Positions 28,594-36,722 of a stretch of 64,000 nucleotides of DNA are shown in pieces. Position 1 is the stretch's first letter; each line of letters opens with the position of its first letter. Under the pieces are notes generated by a model. That model saw only the letters and a program-made list of their open reading frames with translations. It ran no database searches and was not told the DNA's origin. The position numbers and the translations under genes are program-made. The stretch is from NCBI GenBank assembly GCA_016700415.1, contig CP065018.1, positions 2,389,894 through 2,453,893 of the forward strand, written 5' to 3'. This DNA is from Flavobacteriales bacterium (GTDB lineage Bacteria; Bacteroidota; Bacteroidia; Flavobacteriales_F; PHOS-HE28).

Positions 28594-30004
28594 GTTCAAA
28601 AGGTATGGTGATGATGAACCGGCTTCCGGTCCCTTGGTCATTGCCTTCGGGTCCGCTCTCCACGCGGATGGTGCCGCCATGTCTTTCCACTACGGACTTC
28701 ACATAGCTGAGGCCCAACCCGAAGCCCTTCACATTATGCACGTTGCCGGTGGGCACGCGGTAAAGACGATCGAAGACCTTGCGTTGTTCGCTGCGCGGGA
28801 TGCCGATACCATTATCGCGGACCTCGACGGTGAGGGCCTGGGCGTCGCTGCGGGTGGTGATGTGGATGATGGGCGAAACGATGCAGTATTTCACCGCGTT
28901 GTCGATGAGGTTGTAGAAGATGCTTGTGAGGTGGGTGCGGTCGCCCCGCACATGCGCCAGTTCGGCGGTGCGCGCAAAGTTGATGCGCCCACCGCGTTTC
29001 TCCGCCTGCAGCGAGCTGTTGCGCACCACCTCGGCCAGCAGGGCGTGCATGTCCACGTCGGTGATGCGCAGCCGCATGCCGCCCTGGTCGGTCACCGCGC
29101 TCTGCAGCACGCTTTCCACCAGCATGCCCAAGCGCTTGTTCTCGTCCCGGATCATGTTCGTGAACAAGCGCACCTGCGCGGGGTCCTTGGGGATCCCGGG
29201 GTCGTTCAGTGCCTCACAGGCCAAGGATATGGTGCTGATGGGCGTCTTCAGCTCGTGGGTCAGGTTGTTCACCAAGTCGTTCTTGATGTCGCCCAAGCGC
29301 TTCTGCCGAAGCATGGCGCGCACCGTGAACCCGAAAATGGCGGCCACCATGAGCAGAAAAATGGTGGAAGTCACCAGCATGGGCCACAAGCTGCGCAAAA
29401 GCATGGAGGGGCGGGACGGGACGCTCACGTGCAACCACCAGCCGTTCCCCGCGGACCGCTCCTGCGGCCAATCGTTCCGGAAAAGCTGGGTACGGTGGGG
29501 GCTGCTGCGCACCAAATTGCTGTCCGCCGCGTCGTTCAAGCTGAGGAGCACGGCACTTCCCCCTTCCTCGAACACGCCGTATTCGTAGGTGCAATGTATA
29601 TGGCGCAACCGCAGCTCCTCGGTGATCAGCGAATCCAGCAGCCGCGGATCGATGCGCTCGTGGATATCCCGGAACATGCCCGCACTAAGGATCCCCCGGA
29701 GCAATTCGTTCAAGGTGTCCTTGTTCAAGAGGCCCGGCCCCGCCGAACTGTCACGGTCGGCAAGACCTTGGTCGATGTGCAGGTCCCCTCCTTTGACGTC
29801 CGCAGGCAGGGTGCGCAAATTCTGGCGTGCCTCGGCCCGTTCCACACGGTCGCTCACGGCCACCAAGGCATTGTCGATACCTTCATTGAACTGCGCATCC
29901 TTCAAGGCCAGGGTGTCGCTCACCCATTTGGCCTGGATCAGGACCAGCCCGAGCAAGGCCACGCTGATGGCCACGATCAAGGCAGTGATCGTCCGTTTTT
30001 CCAT
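28556..30004 (-). CDS. sensor histidine kinase
   Basis: 482 aa with an N-terminal transmembrane helix, an extracytoplasmic region and a second transmembrane segment. The HisKA H-box (LTHELKTPISTI) and HATPase_c N/G boxes (DNAVKY; GFGLGLSYV) follow. It overlaps the response-regulator start by ~38 nt. Confidence 0.9.
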   Translation of the reverse strand: MEKRTITALIVAISVALLGLVLIQAKWVSDTLALKDAQFNEGIDNALVAVSDRVERAEARQNLRTLPADVKGGDLHIDQGLADRDSSAGPGLLNKDTLNELLRGILSAGMFRDIHERIDPRLLDSLITEELRLRHIHCTYEYGVFEEGGSAVLLSLNDAADSNLVRSSPHRTQLFRNDWPQERSAGNGWWLHVSVPSRPSMLLRSLWPMLVTSTIFLLMVAAIFGFTVRAMLRQKRLGDIKNDLVNNLTHELKTPISTISLACEALNDPGIPKDPAQVRLFTNMIRDENKRLGMLVESVLQSAVTDQGGMRLRITDVDMHALLAEVVRNSSLQAEKRGGRINFARTAELAHVRGDRTHLTSIFYNLIDNAVKYCIVSPIIHITTRSDAQALTVEVRDNGIGIPRSEQRKVFDRLYRVPTGNVHNVKGFGLGLSYVKSVVERHGGTIRVESGPEGNDQGTGSRFIITIPFEHGEQHETAAVRG

Positions 30005-30145
30005 GGAAGGTTGAAAGCTACCCGATGCGCGCGCTACGGCGATGACCGGTTAACGATGTTTAACCGGATATGTGCACGGGCAAAGGAAATGAGGATGGAG
30101 CCCGGTCGGCACGCGCTGTGTGCGACCAGCTACTTTTGCACCATC

Positions 30146-31588
30146 ATGGAGCAGGTCCTCAACTACATCAACGGCGAATTGCGACAGGCATTAGGTGGCG
30201 GGTGGTTGGAGGGCCATGCCCCGGCGGAAGGCAAGGTATATGCACAGATCGCGGACAGCGACGCGAAGGACGTGGACCTCGCCGTGGAAGCCGCCGAAAT
30301 TGCAATGCCCGCATGGACGGCGCTGGGCAGGCAAGGGCGCCACGATGCGATCATGCGCGTGGCCGATCTCGTAGAGCGCGACTTGGAGCTCTTCGCCCGG
30401 GCCGAAAGCCGGGACAATGGCAAGCCCGTCAGCTTGGCCCGTACGGTCGACATTCCGCGCGCTATCGCCAACCTCCGCTTTTTCGCCACGGCCATCCTGC
30501 ACTGGGGCAGCGAGGCGCACATTACCGATGATGTGGCGGTGAACTATACGGACCGGCAGCCTACCGGTGTTGCGGGATGCATCAGTCCATGGAACCTGCC
30601 CTTGTACCTGTTCACCTGGAAGATCGCTCCTGCATTGGCGGCAGGTTGCACGGTGGTGGCGAAACCATCGGAGATCACGCCGTACACCACTTGGATGTTG
30701 GCCGAGCGCTGCATCGAGGCCGGTTTTCCCCCGGGGGTGCTCAACATCGTTCAGGGCACCGGCCCCAAGGTCGGCGCTGCCATCACGGCACATCCGGGCA
30801 TCCCGGCGATATCCTTTACCGGTGGCACCGCGACCGGCGCCCGCATCGCTTCCGTCGCCGCACCGATGTTCAAGAAGTTGAGCTTGGAGCTGGGCGGAAA
30901 GAACGCAGTGCTGGTCTTCGCGGACTGTGACTTCGAACGGATGCTCTCCGAGACCGTGCGATCCTCATTCAGCAACCAGGGCCAGATCTGCCTGTGCGGT
31001 TCGCGGATCTTGGTGGAACGCTCCATCTATGAGCGTTTTCGGGAAGCTTTCGTCCAACGGGTGAAAGCGCTTCGCGTAGGCGACCCCTCTCAAAAGAACA
31101 CGGATATCGGAGCCGTGGTGAGCGGGCCGCACCTGCAAAAAGTGCTTGGCCATATCGCCCTGGCCAAAGAGGAAGGAGGGCACATCCTGTGCGGCGGTGA
31201 GCAGGTGGTGCTTGAAGCCCCGTTGGCGGAAGGCTGGTACTTGGCGCCCACGGTGATCGAGGGCTTGGGCCCGCAATGCCGCACCAATCAGGAGGAGATC
31301 TTTGGACCGGTGGTCACCATCCAACCCTTTGACACGGAAGAGGAGGCCTTGGACATGGCCAATGGCACACCTTACGGCCTGGCCAGCACGCTGTGGACCT
31401 CGGACGGCACCCGCATGCACCGCATGGCGCGCCTGTTGAAAAGCGGGATCGTATGGGTGAACTGCTGGATGCTCCGGGACTTGCGCACGCCCTTTGGCGG
31501 GATGAAGCAAAGCGGCGTGGGCCGTGAAGGCGGCGTAGAGGCGCTGCGGTTCTTTACCGAAGCGAAGAACGTGTGCATCAAGTTATAG
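30146..31588 (+). CDS. NAD-dependent aldehyde dehydrogenase (2-hydroxy/2-aminomuconate-semialdehyde dehydrogenase-like)
   Basis: Start MEQVLNYINGEL… (alternative ATG at 30089). It carries the ALDH catalytic ELGGKN and QGQICLCGSR (Cys) motifs. The 5' 1.6 kb of the track ORF 28541..31588 is an antisense shadow of the HK gene. Confidence 0.88.
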   Translation: MEQVLNYINGELRQALGGGWLEGHAPAEGKVYAQIADSDAKDVDLAVEAAEIAMPAWTALGRQGRHDAIMRVADLVERDLELFARAESRDNGKPVSLARTVDIPRAIANLRFFATAILHWGSEAHITDDVAVNYTDRQPTGVAGCISPWNLPLYLFTWKIAPALAAGCTVVAKPSEITPYTTWMLAERCIEAGFPPGVLNIVQGTGPKVGAAITAHPGIPAISFTGGTATGARIASVAAPMFKKLSLELGGKNAVLVFADCDFERMLSETVRSSFSNQGQICLCGSRILVERSIYERFREAFVQRVKALRVGDPSQKNTDIGAVVSGPHLQKVLGHIALAKEEGGHILCGGEQVVLEAPLAEGWYLAPTVIEGLGPQCRTNQEEIFGPVVTIQPFDTEEEALDMANGTPYGLASTLWTSDGTRMHRMARLLKSGIVWVNCWMLRDLRTPFGGMKQSGVGREGGVEALRFFTEAKNVCIKL

Positions 31589-31828
31589 GGGCCGTAGGTC
31601 CGCGGAAGGCTCCTCCGGAAGGGACCTCTCCGGCGATCGGTGCTTCATGCCATTGGTGAAGAACCAGCCAAAGCGCAGGTCGAACCATTCCTCGAACTCG
31701 ATGAGGCTACGGCGAAGGATATGGAGCATTTCACGCATCTGGAAGGTGGTACGAAGCCAACGCGGGAAGGGTTCCAAATAGTGTACCGGCCTGTGGTGGG
31801 CTAATGCACGGGCAGGGAAGCTCACCAA
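31583..31828 (-). CDS. small hypothetical protein (possible operon partner of GHKL ATPase gene)
   Basis: 81-aa ORF whose start overlaps the stop of the upstream GHKL gene by 7 nt. Its segment …REMLHILRRSLIEFEEWFDLRFGWFFTNG looks non-repetitive, but coding status is unverified. Confidence 0.3.
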   Translation of the reverse strand: MVSFPARALAHHRPVHYLEPFPRWLRTTFQMREMLHILRRSLIEFEEWFDLRFGWFFTNGMKHRSPERSLPEEPSADLRPL

Positions 31829-32772
31829 GGAACGTCCACAGTGGCGAGCACCTTTTCGCCCTTTGGCCGGTCCTCCACGCGAAGTGTGCCCTCTACATCG
31901 GAGAGCCGGGCCAGCAACTTCCCCACCGCTCTCCGGTCGATCATCCCGCCCATGGAAAAAATTGTGCGGTCCCCGCCATGGAGCACGAACAACACAGGGG
32001 CTGCCAGATCTAAGGTGGACCGGACCACCTCAACTGTCCGCTTCAACCTATCACTTCGCTTGAGGAGGTCTTCTCCCCCTTCGGCAGGTCTTTCGTTCAG
32101 GGCCAGCCCCATGAGAACATGTTCAATTTCCGTGGTCCAGATTCCTACGTGAAAGAGAAGGACCCGGTGTTCCAGCACCAGCCGATGCAACGGACCATCC
32201 AGTTGCAATGCGTCCGCACCGTCGGTGGCCCCCACATCCAAGGAAATGGCGAACAGGTCATGCCCGTCCTCGATGGGGTTGAACGTCCACGACGCCCCAC
32301 CTCCCGTGCGCCGCACCATTTCGATCAGTCCCAGGCCTGCACCCCTTGTTCCGGGCTTGCTCGTCCGCTGGATCCCTTCCAAATACAGTTCCTTCAATTC
32401 CGTATTGTCCCGGCCTTGAAGGTCGGCGAGGTCCTTATCCAGCTTCAGCGCTTGGGAGCGGGTGACCAAGTTGCAGGCAAAGACCTGTTGCCCGGTGGCA
32501 TGACAACGCAAGAGGAACATGCTTTGACCTTCGCCCCGATCGGGCATGGACAGCGGCCGAGCGCGATGACGCACGATGTTCTGGTAGGCCTCCACCATCA
32601 CATACCCCAAGCGGCCCTTGACCGGCACGGTCCCCTCCCATCCGTTGAGCACAGCCTCGCCTAGCTCGATCAGGCGGGGAGAATGCTCGTCCGGAAAAAA
32701 GCCGCTGTATCCAAAAATGCAGCGATCCTCGCGCAATGCTTCGATAAGAGAATGGGCAAACTGGATGTCCAT
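31822..32772 (-). CDS. GHKL-type ATPase domain protein (anti-sigma/SiaB-like kinase fold) with unknown C-terminal domain
   Basis: Start MDIQFAHSLIEAL…. An N-box-like EAYQNIVRH and a G-box-like GAGLGLIEMV are present, followed by ~150 aa with no recognisable motif. It is divergent from ppk1 with a 61-nt shared upstream region. Confidence 0.5.
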   Translation of the reverse strand: MDIQFAHSLIEALREDRCIFGYSGFFPDEHSPRLIELGEAVLNGWEGTVPVKGRLGYVMVEAYQNIVRHRARPLSMPDRGEGQSMFLLRCHATGQQVFACNLVTRSQALKLDKDLADLQGRDNTELKELYLEGIQRTSKPGTRGAGLGLIEMVRRTGGGASWTFNPIEDGHDLFAISLDVGATDGADALQLDGPLHRLVLEHRVLLFHVGIWTTEIEHVLMGLALNERPAEGGEDLLKRSDRLKRTVEVVRSTLDLAAPVLFVLHGGDRTIFSMGGMIDRRAVGKLLARLSDVEGTLRVEDRPKGEKVLATVDVPW

Positions 32773-32833
32773 GCGCGATAAGCCCGGAATAAAGCGAAGG
32801 TAACGGGGAAAGCCGGGACTATTTTCGGCACCG

Positions 32834-35500
32834 ATGATCACACAGAGCCTGATCGAGAAAGCACGGCTGCACATCCGCCGTTTCTTCTCGAAGCACATGC
32901 CGGGGCAAATGCAGTTCCACGACCTGGAGCACACCCTTACCGTGGCACGCAGTGCGAAGGAGATCGGACGTGCGTCCGGAATGGGTGGGCAGGAGCTCAT
33001 GCTGGTGGAGCTTGCCGCCCTGTTCCATGATACGGGCTATGCCGCGGCCTATGCCGGACATGAGGAGGAAAGTGCCAAACTGGCCACGACGTGGATGCTC
33101 TCCCACGATGTGGACCTTCGCGATGTAAAAGCGGTCTCCTCTCTCATCCTGGCCACACGGGTCGATCATGTGGCCCGCGGTCTGCCTCAGCGCGTGCTGC
33201 GCGATGCCGACTCCGCAAAGGCCGGACAGGCTGATTTTTTGGAAAAGGGCGAACGCCTGCGGGCTGAACTGACGGCCTGTTCAGGAAAAAAGGTTTCCGG
33301 TACCGCTTGGACCCAAGAGAACTTGGCATACTTGGAAAAACACCGGTTCGCCACCCCGTATGCACGACAGCGGTTCGGGAAACAGAAGGAGATCAACCTT
33401 GCCCTACTTCGCCGCGCCGTTGCGAAAAGATCCGGGCAAAGGGCGATCTCGCCCACGCTTCCCGAGCCGTTCATGGACCGCGATCTGAGCTGGCTCGCCT
33501 TTAACGCGCGGGTACTTCAGGAAGCACAGGACCCCGGCGTGCCCTTGCTGGAACGGTTGAAATTCGTGGCGATCCACAGCAGCAACCTCGATGAGTTCTA
33601 CCGTGTGCGTGTGGCCCAGCTCAGCGGCCTGCGGAAATTGGGCAAGTGGAACCGCTCGGCCCTGGGTGTTCCGCCGGGGAAGCATATCGAGCTGATCAAT
33701 CAGGTCGCCTTGAAGCAACAGGCCGCTCTGGGGACAGTCTACCGGGGCGTCCTCATTCCCGAGCTCCGGGCCCATGGTATCCGTTTTCGGAACGAGGGTC
33801 AGCTGTCCATTGTTCAGCGCCAGTTCGTACTGGACCACTTCAAGAAGCATGTGACCCCGTTGCTTCGGGCGGTCACCATGCGGGAGACCAAGCCACCGTT
33901 CATCGAGGACCGGCGGCTCTATCTCGTGCTTTCCCTCTCCAAAAAAGACCGGATCAAAAAGCGCCTGGTGTTGGTGAACGTGCCATCGGCCGATCTGGGG
34001 CGTTTCATCACGCTGCCTTCGCGCGCGGGAAGCACGGACCTGCTGTACTTGGATGATGCGATCCGCTTGGGCGCGCCGGCCCATTTCAAGGGATGGACAG
34101 TGAAGGCTTGCCATGCGATCAAGCTATCACGTGACGCGGAACTTTACTTGGATGAGGAGTTCACCGAGGACGTCGTGGACAAGGTGCGCCGCAGCCTGCG
34201 GAAGCGCAGCACGGGCGTACCTGCCCGTTTTCTCTATGACCGGGCCATGCCCAAGGCCCTGCTGGAACAGGTGCGCCGTCTGCTGGAGGTGAAGAAGAGC
34301 GACATGCTCGAGGGCGGACGCTACCACAACCTCAGCGACCTGATGCAGCTGCCCGTCATCGGGCATCCGGAGCTGCGGGAAAAGCCGCTGTTACCCATCG
34401 CTCATCCGGCGATCACAGGCACGGACGGTTTTCGGGCCATGCGTTCCGGGGACATCCTGCTGCACTTCCCCTACCATTCGTTCAAGCCGGTGATAAGCCT
34501 GCTTGCCCACGCGGCAAGAGACCCCAAGGTGGATCGCATCGCGATCACGTTGTACCGTGTTGCATCCAAGTCGCTCGTCTGTGAAGCGTTGGCTGAGGCC
34601 GCCCGCAATGGAAAACAAGTGGACGTGATCATAGAGGTACAAGCGCGGTTCGATGAGGGCAACAACCTGTTCTGGGCCTCGGTGCTCAACGATGCCGGTG
34701 CCCGGGTCAGCTACGGCCTGCCCGGGCTTAAGGTGCATTGCAAACTGTTGCTCATTGAACGAAGGGAGGCGAAAGGCCCGAAGCACTATGCCTACTTGGG
34801 CACAGGCAATTTCAATGAGCAGACCGCACGGATCTATTCCGACATGGCCTTGTTGACGACGCGCAAAACGATCACCGACGATGTGCGGGAGGTGTTCAGC
34901 AAGTTGTTGGCCGGTGAAGCTCCCGGACCGACGAAGATCATTTCCACTTCTCCGGACCACCTGCGCGGTTTTCTGGAGCGCGCCATCGACCGGGAGATCG
35001 AGCAGGCATTTCTTGGAAAACCCGCGTCGATCCTGCTGAAATTGAACAGCTTGGAGGACAAGCCCTTGATCCGTAAGCTCTACGATGCCGACAGGGCAGG
35101 CGTGCAGGTGCGCCTGATCGTGCGCGGCATCTGCTGCTTAGTTCCGGGCGTTCCGCAACACAGCGGGACCATTGAGGCGATCAGTATCGTGGACCGCTTC
35201 CTCGAGCACGCACGGGCTTATGTGTTCCACAACCTCGGCCGGCCCACGGTACACCTGGCCTCGGCCGATTGGATGGAACGGAACATGGACCGCCGGGTAG
35301 AGGCCGCATTCCCGGTCGTGGACGAAAAGCTGAAAGCCGAGGTCATCCAATTCCTGGAACTGGAGTGGAAGGACAATGTGAAGGCGAGGATCATCGACAA
35401 GGCACAGACCAACCCGTACCGGCCTGGCAAGAAGGGCGCACGGAAAGTGCGGTCGCAGGCGGCTTGGTATGAGCGCTTGAAAGCCGCGGCAAAGCAATGA
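32834..35500 (+). CDS. ppk1: polyphosphate kinase 1 fused to an N-terminal HD-domain phosphohydrolase module
   Basis: 888 aa. Residues ~1-213 carry an HD motif set (FHDLEH…LFHDTGY…H…D). From M214 (MDRDLSWLAFNARVLQEAQD…) the sequence is colinear with full-length PPK1 (~675 aa), including the conserved His-containing and PLD-like C-terminal regions. There is no stop between the modules. Confidence 0.9.
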   Translation: MITQSLIEKARLHIRRFFSKHMPGQMQFHDLEHTLTVARSAKEIGRASGMGGQELMLVELAALFHDTGYAAAYAGHEEESAKLATTWMLSHDVDLRDVKAVSSLILATRVDHVARGLPQRVLRDADSAKAGQADFLEKGERLRAELTACSGKKVSGTAWTQENLAYLEKHRFATPYARQRFGKQKEINLALLRRAVAKRSGQRAISPTLPEPFMDRDLSWLAFNARVLQEAQDPGVPLLERLKFVAIHSSNLDEFYRVRVAQLSGLRKLGKWNRSALGVPPGKHIELINQVALKQQAALGTVYRGVLIPELRAHGIRFRNEGQLSIVQRQFVLDHFKKHVTPLLRAVTMRETKPPFIEDRRLYLVLSLSKKDRIKKRLVLVNVPSADLGRFITLPSRAGSTDLLYLDDAIRLGAPAHFKGWTVKACHAIKLSRDAELYLDEEFTEDVVDKVRRSLRKRSTGVPARFLYDRAMPKALLEQVRRLLEVKKSDMLEGGRYHNLSDLMQLPVIGHPELREKPLLPIAHPAITGTDGFRAMRSGDILLHFPYHSFKPVISLLAHAARDPKVDRIAITLYRVASKSLVCEALAEAARNGKQVDVIIEVQARFDEGNNLFWASVLNDAGARVSYGLPGLKVHCKLLLIERREAKGPKHYAYLGTGNFNEQTARIYSDMALLTTRKTITDDVREVFSKLLAGEAPGPTKIISTSPDHLRGFLERAIDREIEQAFLGKPASILLKLNSLEDKPLIRKLYDADRAGVQVRLIVRGICCLVPGVPQHSGTIEAISIVDRFLEHARAYVFHNLGRPTVHLASADWMERNMDRRVEAAFPVVDEKLKAEVIQFLELEWKDNVKARIIDKAQTNPYRPGKKGARKVRSQAAWYERLKAAAKQ

Positions 35501-35589
35501 CCCGTCAGACCGCAGGGTCCTCTTCGAGTGATCTTGCTGAAGCGTTAAGTATCGTGCCTCAGGGTCCCGAAGCGGAGACCGCTTAGCGA

Positions 35590-35626
35590 ACAAAAAAGAA
35601 AGGCGATCCCGTGGGACCGCCTTTCC
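35590..35626 (-). terminator. rho-independent terminator of tRNA-Ala
   Basis: On the minus strand, immediately 3' of the tRNA, lies a near-perfect 12-bp stem (AAAGGCGGTCCC / GGGATCGCCTTT) followed by TTTCTTTTTTGTT. Confidence 0.7.
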
Positions 35627-35627
35627 G

Positions 35628-35701
<74 letters not shown>

Positions 35702-35807
35702 ATACCGATTTCAAATATACATCCGAAATCGAGGCGGCAAATGTAGGTAAAACACCCATTCCTTAAACCATGTCAGTAGGAGCTGGTGGTCCACAGCCAT
35801 TCCTTCG

Positions 35808-36719
35808 TTGCAAGTACGGATGTTTCCTTTGTCCATGCCTTTGCCCGAATCCCTCGGCCTGCATCTCGAAACCTTGCTCACAGATCGGCAAGGGCACCCG
35901 GTAACTATCCGGGCGGCGCACCCCGTGCATGGAGGCAGTGTGAACGATGCCTTCCGCTTGGATACGGACCTCGGCCCGCTCTTCCTGAAGACCAACTCTG
36001 CCGATCAGTTCCCCAGCCTTTTCAACAGCGAGGCGCATGGCCTGCACCTCCTCCGGCAGGCTGGTGATCTGCGCGTTCCTGCGTTCATCGCCCAGGGTGA
36101 ATGTGATGACACGACTTTCCTGCTGCTGGAATACGTTCCCCCGGCAGAAGAGGATGCCGGTTTCCAGACCCGCTTCGGGAGGAAGCTGGCCCGGCTGCAT
36201 CGCCATACGCAGGCCACCTTCGGGCTGGACCGGGACAATCATGTCGGTCTGTTACCGCAAGTGAACACGCCGAACCTCGATTGGGCCGAATTCCTGGTCC
36301 ATTGCCGCTTCATGCCCTTGGTAAAAATGGCCCGTGACAACAAACGCATCCACACCGGGGATGTGCTCCGCTTTGAGCGGCTTTATGGCCAGTTGCCGTC
36401 CTTGTTCCCCTCCGAGCTCCCCGCGCTGCTGCACGGCGACCTGTGGAAGAACAACTACCTCGCTGCTGCGGACGGTGAAGCGGTGCTGATCGACCCGGCA
36501 GTGTATTACGGCCACCGCGAAATGGACATCGCCATGACCCGGCTTTTTGGGGGCTTTGACCGGTTTTTTTATGCAGCCTACCAAGAGGAGGAACCCTTGG
36601 CGCCGGGTTGGGAGGATCGCATGGACCTCTGCAACCTGTATCCGCTGCTCGTACACCTCAACCTGTTCGGCGGCAGCTATGCGGAGCGGTTGGGGTCGGT
36701 GCTCCGGAAATACGTGTGA
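35808..36719 (+). CDS. fructosamine kinase family protein
   Basis: 303 aa: …HGGSVNDAFRL…LLHGDLWKNNYL…DPAVYYGHREMDIAMT…, the FN3K/aminoglycoside-phosphotransferase-like signature. Confidence 0.85.
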   Translation: MQVRMFPLSMPLPESLGLHLETLLTDRQGHPVTIRAAHPVHGGSVNDAFRLDTDLGPLFLKTNSADQFPSLFNSEAHGLHLLRQAGDLRVPAFIAQGECDDTTFLLLEYVPPAEEDAGFQTRFGRKLARLHRHTQATFGLDRDNHVGLLPQVNTPNLDWAEFLVHCRFMPLVKMARDNKRIHTGDVLRFERLYGQLPSLFPSELPALLHGDLWKNNYLAAADGEAVLIDPAVYYGHREMDIAMTRLFGGFDRFFYAAYQEEEPLAPGWEDRMDLCNLYPLLVHLNLFGGSYAERLGSVLRKYV

Positions 36720-36722
36720 ACG

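Noticed and set aside
28541-30145. 5' 1.6 kb of the 1015-aa ORF 28541..31588 (+)
   Set aside because: This part is antisense to the well-supported histidine-kinase gene and has a low-complexity Ala/Gly/His-rich translation. Only the C-terminal ~480 aa (from 30146, or 30089) match aldehyde dehydrogenase.
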